From positions 179,297-243,296 of the forward strand of contig NMRA01000225.1 in the NCBI GenBank assembly GCA_002633005.1: DNA of 64,000 nucleotides. Reading direction: 5' to 3'. The DNA is from Phoronis australis (taxonomy: Eukaryota > Animalia > Phoronida). A program made the translations under genes and the position numbers. Below, one piece after another: positions 13,560 through 24,066 of the stretch. The notes below the pieces were generated by a model. That model was not told the origin of the DNA, did not search any database, and worked only from the letters and a program-made list of their open reading frames with translations. How positions within the stretch are numbered: position 1 is the stretch's first letter; every line of letters starts with the position of its first letter.

Positions 13560-14330
13560 TCTGTATCTCTTAAACCCCTTGCAGGATCTTGAAGAGATTT
13601 GGCAGATGTGTTCCTATGCAGCTGTTGAATTTCGGACCAATTTATGTACCGCTGTGCCCTCTAGTGGCAATTTTATTATTTGGAATTCTAGGGTGGATTT
13701 GCAGGAAAGTCGTTAACTAGATTTTCATTAACGACACAATGACACCTTTCATTTTTCGGATGGACCGTTTTGACGATTATGCGCCACCTAGTGGCTATTT
13801 TTTTGAAATTTTTGAGTCAGTTTTTTGGCTTCCGCCTTTCTATCTGTTAAAGTGCTTGAAGAATCATGAAAATTGGAAGGTTTGTTCCTACAGAGGAGAC
13901 TGCAGCTGATTTTCGAATGGGTTTTACAACTGTGGTGTCCCTTAGTGAATTTTGTTTCTTCTTGTGTCTGCGGCTGTATCTCCGTAACTCTGCAAGAACT
14001 TGCGTGATATTTTTCAGATGTGTTTTCATGGAGTTGACAGCAGGTGATGACTAGTTTCACACCAAGCGGGTAATTGGTGTACCCCCTAATGCCAATTTTA
14101 TTTTTAATGTTTTCCTCTGCATCTTCGGAATTCCGTGATGGAGTTTCATGAGATTCACCAATAGGTTTTCAATAAGGAGGTGATGATGCCGTTCCATTTT
14201 CAGATGTATTTGACAAATTTTATGCCACCTTATGGCCATTTTCGTTATTTTGGAATCCACTTTCTGGTATCCGTTTCTCTATCAGCCATACTGCTCAAAA
14301 GATCATAAAGACAATTTTCATATGTGTTCC
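13560..14330. repeat. Fragment of HINE/Helentron-like internal repeats, related to 27178-28380
   Basis: Shares CCCTCTAGTGG / GCGCCACCTAGTGGCTATTTT, GGCTGTATCTCC and TTTTCGGATGGA-type subunits with the 27.2-28.4 kb element. Boundaries approximate. Confidence 0.5.
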
Positions 14331-15199
14331 AGGGACTCGTCTAGGATTTGAAAAGTAGGGGTTCAAAATCGTGAGAATGACGAGTTGCGCACGGCGAAGG
14401 TCGCACATGGAAATAATCGGAACTGACATAAAAAGGTATATTGTTTGCATGTTCTTTCCTGTTCAAGAGACAGCAAAGAAGGAAACTAAACAATTGTGAT
14501 GAGATTTGCTCCATTCAGGATGTGTGCATTGGCACCGGACTGCAAAAAATCAAGATCTGTAATTGTTTTTATAAGATAATCTGCGTATACCTGCATATTA
14601 AACTGGTAATTCAAAGCATGACTTTAACTCGATGAATAAGCTCGACTTAGGCGAAAATTTCCGCTCAAAAGTAGGAATGACGGCTTTGCACTCGTGTTTG
14701 CATAACCGTAAAAAGTGACAACACAAAAAACATGGAAACTCTGTGTTTGAATTTGACTCTAGTATTTTTATCTTTTTCACTCATATTTTCGAGTACATTA
14801 TTTGGAATTTGGAGTCACCTGGCGTTTGACTACGGGCTTCGACAGTAGTTGCCGGAATCATCTTGTTAACGTCTTCTGCATTGGACGCTTGTTGAAATTG
14901 ACACTTACAAGGCCGAAAGAGATCTGCGACGAGCATTGAACAACGGTGGAGAGTAGGGAATTTGAAAGCGACAACGATTATGAGCAAGAAATTAACAAAT
15001 ACTATGAAGAAACGTACGAGAATGGTGGCCAGGATGACGAAGTGGGGTTGCACGAAAGCGAGAACGAGTTTTATATGTTTTCAGCTGCGTACATTTCTAC
15101 TTTGAGGCCTTACGAACTGGATCCTCTCGCGAGAGAAGCGGCCTCGGGCTCGGCCTGTCAACTCAGTCATCCAACAGACGATCCTGAATAAAGAGCCGA

Positions 15200-15464
15200 T
15201 GTTTCTGAATAGTAAATATTGTCCTTTGTTGAACCAGGCCTTCATCGTAACATCTCCTCTGATTGGAGTCGAAACACGACTCCTCAAAGTGGGCAGAACA
15301 CAGAGTGGCTCCGGACAGAATCGCTTGGTCCACGCTGAGGTCCCACACTCTCGTTCGGCGCACGAAGCGATGCCACTACTGCGCAACTTTGGCGTCCTTC
15401 GGAACACCGAGACGTTCTCCGTCTGTCTGCTGTTGCTGCAGTCTCCGCAAACACATCTTTTCAT
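15200..15464 (-). pseudogene. THAP zinc-finger relic (Kolobok transposase N-terminus)
   Basis: C-x4-C-SN start and LCSAHF (C2CH) motif, split across two frames. Confidence 0.75.
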
Positions 15465-15518
15465 CCCTCTACGAACCTTCTCGACGCTAACTATACTTTA
15501 CTTTCACTTCACTCTATA

Positions 15519-18500
15519 TAGTCGGTGGGCCAGATCTCATAGCGTTCATCCTTGTGAGTACTTTGGGGGGGGGCAACCTAGTTTTTTCTATGTGGCTAGA
15601 TAATATACCTATAAATCAAATTCCAAAAAGTTCCCACGTCTACACTTGCACATTTTTTTAAAAAAAGGTGTTTTTGTTGCACAAAATATTATGCACATTC
15701 CTGCCACTTGGTGGTGCTTTTCTATTGAATTGACCAATCAGAGAGTCAGATTGTATTGTTGTGCTTAGTTACTTCAATATGGCTGCTCCCATGGAGTGTG
15801 ATGCCTGTATAATTCAAGGTTTATCAAACAGCACAAAACTGTGATGCCAGAGCCTAAAAAAGCTTAGGAAAGCTTCCTGACGAAAGCTTATGGACTGTGG
15901 AACTCTGTAGATCAGTAGATCAAAAAGAAGAAGAGGTGTCACAAACGTTTGTGCAGAATACAGCTGCATGTCCTGGTATAGGCAATGACCATCGCCTCTG
16001 TTGGCCCGAACCAACAGAGGCGATGGTCATTGCCTAGTCCTGGTATAGCCTACACAGTATACTGCTGAGTGCTGTAGACTAGAAGACCAAGTGCCAGGCC
16101 AAAAAATTGAAAGGACATAGAACGGCATAGCAACGTTTCAAGGCACCAGCAGTAGTCCTAAAGCTGAACTTGCTGAAAGTGATACAGATGTTATCCAAAA
16201 TTGCCCAAGAAAATCAATTATACTTCCAAAATCTGAAACACCGAATTAACCTGAATAAGATAGGAACATTCTGAAACATGAGTGCATCATTTGTTAGCAA
16301 GAAAAGTATATTATGGACCATATTTCAAGAAAGAGAATGAAGTATAGCTTTGAAAAACAGGTACGTGTTTTTGAAAGGTATATCTTGGTGTTTTCCATGT
16401 GTGTTTCAGTATTATCACCAGTTGTTTTTGTAACTTGTTCAGCCCCTTGGCTGCCTAGGCCTTAGCCAATACTGCTGACCTAGTAGAGACGGTGATCATA
16501 CCATAGGTACTCCATATGCTGAATGCTTTTCGGCAAATTATGTTCCTATAAGTTTAGAAGTACCGCGTAGAGAGATGCTTCTGAGGAAGCCGTTAATGTT
16601 TTCATTTGTTCCCAGATTAAACAAATACTCCTGCAATCCTGTTTTTCGAACAATCCATTGTTCAGTTGCCACATCGACACTGCTTGCGCTAAGGGATAAT
16701 CATATGGCGTTATACAATGGGTGTGATTTTGAAGCACTTTAAGTCAAAAATTGTTGAGAAGGTTAAATGGAGTAGATGGTTGCAAACAACATGCCCAAGT
16801 GGCCGTCATCCCCTGCCGTAGTCCTGGGATAGGGGGAACCTCTTCTCAATTTTTGTAAACGTTAATTACTTAGGTAGCTGCAATGATAATTAAATTAGAG
16901 TGCCTTAGTGGCTATCATCGCCGTCGTAATTTGAGGACGATGGAAGCCACTGTCCATTTCGTCAAACGTTGATTACCATAAGTGTTAATCGATTGACTAT
17001 GGTTTGAGCATCTGATTTAAAAAAATTAAATTTCAATCACTGCACTGGTATATCAGCTGATTTATTTTCAGTTGCATCAACTAATCTAATTATTAGACGA
17101 TCAACACTTTTAGGCGACAGATCAGACGGCATGTAAATTTGTTAGGCTGGTGGTGGATCAGTTCCTGATAAGTCCGTCTGAAAAAGTTGCATGCCAACTC
17201 ACTCATAGTTGAATGTTAAATTAGTGTTAACAGTTCGGGTTTTTTCAGTTGGACTTGTATCGCAAGCGACAGCTCAGTCCAGAGCCCTGAATATGCAAAT
17301 GAAATTCAAAAATAAAGACCTTGTGTCTTAGAAGCCAAGTACCACAGATCATCATGCTATAAAAATAGAAAGACAACGATTGTGAAGAGTGACGAATCCA
17401 CAGTTTTCAGGGATGTTTTTCTACAGTTTTGTTTGGAGTTCATTGAATCAAAGCTTCTAACACATGGAGATGTCATTTGCCTTTCAAAACTAAAGCAAGA
17501 TTTTGAAGCTGTTCTTGAGAAAGCAGGTGTGCATGAAGTTATTTGGACAGGCAATCTTAAGAAATATTGTTGAAGCTACTCACTGTTGTTGTTTTTGCCC
17601 GACTAAGAGATACGAAAGTGAATTGAGGCTAGTGTTCAATAATTCACTTGCTGACTCTAATTAACGCAGCCCATTATAACATATTTTGAATCAAACGTTT
17701 GCCCAAATCCTGCCCGCCTCCAAGCAAGGACTTAGTGTTTGACCCTTCATTGCCTGCGGGCCAATCACCGGTGTGCAGTGCTGTACCCTCTCTATTCAAC
17801 CATAGTTGACTCCTTGGCGGTGGAGCTATGCAGTTAAAATGTATGGCAATGCCCGCATCTCCACTGACAGTACTAAACAATGAACGCTGCAAATGCAAAA
17901 AGAACATGTGTGTTGGGAAACTGAGTTTGTGCTGCAATGCTGGGTCAAACTGTACAGAAATGTGCAGCTGTGACAACTGTAGTAACATCAGCAACACTGA
18001 CTGTATAACATTGGATAGTTCTTTGACAAGTCAACCCTAAATAAACCTCCAACCCCGTTATTTCGTTTTTTGTATTAAAAGTTAATTTTATTTGTTGATT
18101 AAGTCATAGAAAGTACATACTTTTATCATTGTCATGAATTTGTGTCATACAGCTTGATAAACGCTGTCAGAATAATCTATTATTTTCATACAGTCCGTGT
18201 GCACATTCACAGAGATCATTCAACTATATTGTTTTTGTACTATAACGTATTTCTGGTGTATTATGCAAACAAGCTGCATTTTACACCATTAGTCAATGTT
18301 TTAGTCATTGAGGCACAAATTTTGCCCAGTCTCAATTGTTTTGTGTTATTTTTGTTGCCAGACAATGCCAGAATAACTTCCTAGTAACATTCAGACTTAG
18401 TTTGCATTTTTGCCACTAGGTGTCTCTTTACATTTTTTAAATTTCACTGTTTACAATTAATCTACAATAGTAAAACATGTAATGTGAGTGTAATATTGTT

Positions 18501-18776
18501 CAATACAATGGCACTGATGGGACCATATTGTTTGTTCTACAAAAAAGTCACCAAAACTGTTGTTTTTACAAATATACGTTTACTAAGCTCTTTGGTGATT
18601 ATTAGGTAAGTTCAAACTCAAATTTCTCAAAAATGTGCAACTTTATATGTGGGAACTTTTTAGATTTTGAAAACACTCTAACAAATGAATTAAAAAACAC
18701 CAAAATAAAATTGCCCACCTAAAGTACTCACAAAAACCATTTTCTAGAGGCCCTACAAATTCTGGCCCACCGACTA
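15519..18776 (+). mobile_element. Second Academ DNA transposon, internally deleted
   Basis: TIR ends TAGTCGGTGGGCCAGA (15519) and TCTGGCCCACCGACTA (18776), with further inverted similarity (GTGAGTACTTT, AAAAAGTTCCCAC, TTGCACATTTTT). 3-bp TSD ATA (15516-15518, 18777-18779). Cys-rich tail RCKCKKNMC...CCNAGSNCTEMCSCDNCSN at 17828-18040. Confidence 0.85.
15979..16036. mobile_element. 58-bp perfect-hairpin insertion with 9-bp TSD
   Basis: 26-bp arm TAGGCAATGACCATCGCCTCTGTTGG, loop CCCGAA, exact reverse-complement arm. Flanked by GTCCTGGTA at 15970-15978 and 16037-16045. Confidence 0.85.
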
Positions 18777-18967
18777 ATACACTTAGTTGCTGATCCAAAC
18801 AGTGTGCCGAACGACTTGGGTGCAACCCATGACGTTGTACATAATTATTTTTTTTTTCAATTTTTACGTGTTTCTTTATGAGCTGTGCACTAAAGGCACT
18901 GAAATCAAGTAAGATATAATAATAAAATTTATTTTGAGGTACTAGAGTCATGTTGCGTACACTTTAA

Positions 18968-20680
18968 AAGGGGACTGTAGACAAAATAATGTTGCAGTTA
19001 ATCGGTTCTAACATACAAATAAAACTCACATTTGCCTGACTTGTGAGCCAAGCAAAAGCCGATTCGTATTCACTAAATCCTGAAAGCGATCGCTGATTGG
19101 CTGATGTGTCAGTGACGTGAATGGCGGGGTATCGGCTGCTTTACACATTCATTGCTTATGTCATATTTTGAAGAGTTTACATCGTAATTTATCCTTGTAT
19201 CAACCGTCCTTATTTTTGTTGTTTGGCACATTGCTGTAAAAGGTTCGCTATGCCTTTTTGTATGGCTGTGTGACACCGGGTTGCTCAAACTCTTCGAAAA
19301 AGGTGTCTTCTAAAGGGATGGTCATCGCATACCATCGCCGGGTTACCCAAGCATTGGCCCAAAGCTGTATACTAAATATAGGCGTACAGGTTTGAGTTGA
19401 TATGGGTAAAAATGGACAAATAAATTCTGACTCAAAATTAATGCCGTGGTTAAAACTAATCTCATTCTTGAGTAAACCTATTAACCACAGGTTCCTAGAG
19501 TAAACTAACTTCAGTATTTACCGGTGTTGGAAAAGCTAGCGATCGTTCATCGGCTGCCGCTAAAATTGTGATGTGTTCTCTTGAGTCGGCTTTTTGCGGT
19601 TACGTCACCTGACCTTTACCAGTTTCTTTTCCCCCGATTCTTTTATTAAGTGTTCGTCGCTGCCGGTACCTAGGCTGCATACATGTTACAACAAATTATC
19701 GGAAATTGTTTCGTTTTGTTACAAGTTTTTAGTATTTTTATACCAGCAAACCGAATTTCAGAACAATGTTGGTGCTGCGAAGCTGTCATCATGTTCAGGC
19801 CGAAAGACGCCTCAAATTTTAGGTATATGGCGCGTGCGCCGTGTCACGAGCGTGCTGTTTTTGAAACGGACGACACTTCTTTGTTACAAAAGGCGGCAAA
19901 TTATGCTATTTGATTGTTTTCCACTTAAACGGCTGCAACGAACAATGTGAGTGTCGGTGTATACCAGATTTTTCATGCACCCCCGCCGATACGTTAGCTC
20001 TATATGTTGATGTAGCCTAAGTTTTACAACGAGGTAATGAGCATAAGTCAGAATGTTGTCGGGTATCGTTATTTCAATGTGTACATGTATGTACTATTTC
20101 AAATAGGCTGCTCGGTGGAATACTTTTACTAAGGCCCAGAAAATGCCAATTCAACTTCCGCGTCGGCAACTACATTAGGTGTGCGGCAAATCCTTTGAAC
20201 TTCGGGTCTGTGTACTTCAATTTAAAAGATTAAGTGTCCATATATGGGAAGTTAATGGTGGATGCAATATTTTTTCGACACTCGCCCTGACGTCACAGAA
20301 CAGGGATGAGGTATTCCATCAAAAACACGGCTGCCAGTACTTGCCGATCGTCATTGTGGTAAAAATACGCGGCAATATGTCGTTAACCTTGAGATATGTC
20401 TGAATATTTATCAAGCTAAAACCATGGATTGTAAGTTTCATTAAGATTTCTTAATCAAAAATGTGAAAATTCTATATTTTGTTGTTGCTTTTTTCGCTAA
20501 GGTTGTCTTGAAACAAGTGGTCTTTTTCTGTCTTGGCCGGCCCAGTGACGGCCATCTTGGCCACTACACTAACATGAGTCCCTGGTATCAGCGTTATTGA
20601 GATTTCACCTTTCATTTTAATATCAAATGTAATTTGGACAAGTATTTGATACTGTTGTTTTGTTACCAATATACCTTAAG
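18968..20680. mobile_element. Mosaic of DNA-transposon fragments (Kolobok-like ends, THAP start)
   Basis: Begins after TTAA (18964-18967). THAP-like start GCVTPGCSNSS at ~19250-19300. 19570-19895 is an inverted copy of ~42800-43113. ATATACC|TTAA end at ~20675. Internal structure not resolved. Confidence 0.45.
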
Positions 20681-20710
20681 CTTTTTTGGTTTTTTACTAT
20701 AAACGTAGTG

Positions 20711-20937
20711 GGGCTCGTTCTAAGAAAACTGACTTAGCTAATTACAACATTAAATCCTAAACTGCAGTGTCACCTTTAAGAAAAAAAAATAATTTGGCTC
20801 AAATCTCTTTCAAGAAAGTGATCTCAAGTTTATCTTCAGTATTTAATTTAATAAGTTTTTGACTTGAGTTTTGAAATTGAGACAAATCATAGACTTAGGT
20901 TAAAAATGAACTTGAGTAAGTTCCTTGAAACGGACCC
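20711..20937. mobile_element. PIF/Harbinger-like MITE, same family as 47955-48202 (opposite orientation)
   Basis: Ends GGGCTCGTTCTAAGAAAACTGACTTAG and AAGTTCCTTGAAACGGACCC. The interior aligns by eye with the reverse complement of 47955-48202. Confidence 0.7.
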
Positions 20938-21857
20938 CTGAGCACTTAACCCAATTAATGGCAAAGTCTTAGGTCAAATTCTGCAGGCCTTTCAGAAACA
21001 TTCTTTCACTGGATTCAAATTAAAATTCACAGTTTTCTATATAAGTTTTGCTGAGGTTTTTCATAACATTTAATGATCCAGCAACTGTGATTGGCCATTT
21101 TTCTGACGTGCACATCTTGACCCAGATGTGTGGGTGCACAGTACGTAACATTTTGTGCGCATTCTGGGCCATTTTTGGTGTGAGCAAATTACGTAGAACA
21201 TTGCGGCGTTTTCCCGTTGCTCTCGCCTTGTTCGATTCTATAGCCCAACAAAAAGTTGGGAAGATCACCCCTGTAGCCAATACCTTACACGACTGATTAA
21301 CTCCATTCTGGCATTTGTGGTTGGAGGGCCAGCTCTCTTTTGTTCGATAATTGCTCTAATCTCCGATCAGGTCGTATCTAGCCTGACTGGGCTGTGCTGC
21401 TAAAAATTAAAGTTAAGTTATATCAAATTTGAACATAAACCAATAGCATTTCTGAATTATTTGTCAAATTTTTAGTTTTTGAATCACCAAAATCGCCCAA
21501 CTACAACAGCTAGAAGTTAAGACAATCCATTCTGCCAGGTCTCAGTAAGGCCTGCTTCTTGTCATATGGGACAAAAGAGTGTGCTGGGCAGTTAACCAAG
21601 GAGCCAGATGTTATCGCACGCTCAGAACCCCTCACGTCTGGAAAACTTGCTAAACGACAGAACGCTGTCATGAAGTACGCAAAATCAGTGTGAACAGAGA
21701 TCCATTGAAATGTTTTGCCGTGACAAACTGTGCAGCGTGGGCCAAAAACAAACGTGCGAGTGTCAAATTGGCTTAAGTTATCTTGTAATCTGATTGTCAG
21801 TTGAAATTAGGTACTAGGTAGCTTGGTGCTGTATGGCCTTTGTTCTTGTTACCCCAG

Positions 21858-22172
21858 TCCTCCCAAGTCCACCATCTATAACTGGAGCCCCGACGCAGCC
21901 TGTTGTTGATGGAACAGGACCAACTGTCCTACAATGTAAAGCCAATTTGGGCAAACCACAGGCATCTATGTGGTGGTCACGTCGGAAGGGTAACGCTGCA
22001 TACACAAATATAACTGAGAACGTTACCATGAATACCGCCAGCAACAATGATGGAACCACTAACGGCACCAGCACACTGACAGTCAACTGGGAAACCGGTG
22101 TACAGTACAGATGTCAAGTGTCCAACAGGCAGGCTACTAAGTCAGCTGAAACTTGGGTCGATAAGGAGACCG
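21858..22172 (+). CDS. Ig-superfamily gene exon: C2-set (CD80-like) Ig domain
   Basis: Acceptor CCCCAG| at 21857, donor G|GTAAGT at 22173; 315 nt, phase 1-1. Sequence P..PSITG...VLQCKANLGKPQASMWW...TSTLTV...GVQYRCQVSN has the canonical C, W and YxC. Splices in frame to 9488 (RLVLD-V-LPSPPSITG). Confidence 0.85.
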
Positions 22173-22544
22173 GTAAGTTGCTATTTACACTGTTTTTACG
22201 CTACTTAATCTTGTTGTTAGGCACCAGTATGTAATATCAGGATTTCAGTAAAAACACATTATTCAGGAATTGAAATTCAATTCTGGTTGTTGTGTTATTT
22301 TAGCGTTCGAGATAACATTCAGATGTGCTTTTTATCACTGTGCAAGACTGTAAGTTTTCCTTCATGAGCGTAGTTTCATCTGTTGTATATTTGCTTTCTT
22401 GAGTTAATGGTATTTCTGCAGTTGTTACATTGCATTCTGAGATAATAGTTCTTCACTGTACGTTACACCATAATTTGAACCCTCTGGCACTGACAAAAAT
22501 TCCGGGGTTGACAATGTCGACTTTCAAAAACTTACACGTCGAAA

Positions 22545-24066
22545 CCAGGAATTTCGAAAAAAGCTTTTGACTGGATAAATTATGAACTTCTGTTTTATAA
22601 ATTACTGCCAAATAATATTACTGGTAGAATGTATGATGCAATGCGTATGGTTTGCAGAAGTCCGCTGAAGTGTATACGATTAAATGGCACTCTGTATAGT
22701 GGTTGGTTCACTCCTGAAAATGGTGTTCGTCAGGGAGACGTTTTATCACCGACACCTGCCTTATATATAAATGACTTAGCTCTGGACATTAAAAAATGGG
22801 TAAAGGTGTCTAATGTGGACCAATCAATATTTCAGTGCTTCTTTATTATGACGATATTGCACGTTTGAAAATGAAAATGACATGCAAGATATGTCAAAGG
22901 TTTTTTACACCAGTTGTTTAAAAACAACTGGTGTAAAAAATGGAGAAGGGTTACAAGCATTACAAAAACTAACGTCGTCCAATTTCCAGCTAAGTATGCC
23001 TTGAAGCAATTTTGAATTTACTTTAAATAGTGTCATTAGTTAATAAATTCTCATACAAATGTATAGGCTGTATTCTGGATCAACGCCTTGACTCCAAATA
23101 AAATTTGAATACGTTATCTGCAGCTTCTGGTAGATCCTTAGGAAAGATACGCTGATCTTTTCGTGTTAACAAGAATCTAGAATTTGAAACACTTTAAACA
23201 TTTAATTCTAGTGTGCAACACCGATTTTTGATCACGGGTCATCTGTTTGAGGTTAGAAAAATTTTGGTAATGTTGAAAATATTCAAAACAGAGCTACATG
23301 TATGCGTTATCTAGGGATAAATCAATTTACGTGCTGTTAGTGGTGACATGGGCTGGGTCTCAACCGGAAACAAATTTAAATTGAATACGTTGTGTCTTTG
23401 GAACTAATTAGTGACCACAGGTGAATGGTTGGATAGACGGTATCAAAATGTGTTTAACATAATGCATGCAATCGTTTTTTCAATATTTGACAACTTGTAA
23501 CATAGCCAAGTTGCTAGAAACTACTCGAAACATGTTTGGACTCAGAGTCTGTTGTGACAAAACTCAAGTGAAGGACCTACATTTTATTGAAGCTCGAGTT
23601 TTTAATTGAACCGTATGTGAAGCTTAATTTATCGCATTCCGAGCTATCTGTTTTGTCTCACTTTTGAGCAGGGCATCTCCCATTGCACTTGGAAACTAGT
23701 CGTTATGTAAACACTCCTCAAAGTGGAAGACTGCTTGTGTTGTGACACTGATTCTGTAGAGGATGAGCTCCATTTTGTGTTTGATTGTTCCTTTTATGAG
23801 TCACAAGCTGCAACTGTTGCTTCAGCAGTCGTTATGCTGAACCCTAACTCGGTGTATCGGAGAGGTGTTACAGTTACATGTTTGTGCGAAGTCCTTTAAA
23901 TTGGCACAGCCAGGTTTGGGATAGGCAGCTCTTTTCAAACACTGTCTGCAATGTATTTTTAATTTAATATGATAACAGCCCCAGAAGTCGCCTTCACATC
24001 ATGCGCGGGTTCTCATCCACTGTCTTGCACACATTTACTTGTTAGACCGAGCTCAGCGTAATAAAA
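22545..24066 (+). mobile_element. 5'-truncated, decayed non-LTR retrotransposon (RTEX/CR1-group-like RT plus C-terminal CCHC)
   Basis: FEKAFDWIN..LLFYKL, NGVRQGDVLSPT, LYINDLA, YYDDI-like, AVSGDMGW, GHLPLHLETSRY, VEDELHFVFDC. AATAAA near 24060. Many stops. Confidence 0.8.

Larger units (their letters stand above)
14602..18963. mobile_element. Internally deleted Kolobok-like element, interrupted by an Academ
   Basis: + strand acidic KolX-like start (14946-15191, LRPYELDPLA). Convergent - strand THAP (15464-~15200: MKRCVCGDCSN...VRRTR...ATLCSAHFEESCF). Right end GCGTACACT|TTAA at 18963. Left end (after TTAA at 14598-14601) is only weakly matched. Confidence 0.6.

Noticed and set aside
17828-18040. 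Metallothionein- or tesmin-like Cys-rich host gene
   Set aside because: It lies inside Academ TIRs and parallels the Cys-rich tail of the other Academ transposase relic.
18700-18740. RSS nonamer ACAAAAACC (18730-18738) between the V and C exons, suggesting V(D)J-like recombination
   Set aside because: No CACAGTG heptamer at 12 or 23 bp spacing. It lies within an Academ TIR, and the V exon ends in a normal splice donor.
20761-20779. ACTGCAGTGTCACCT-TTAA as the right end of the element starting at 18968
   Set aside because: Only a loose match to the left end, and it falls inside the 20711-20937 MITE, so the pairing is unsupported.
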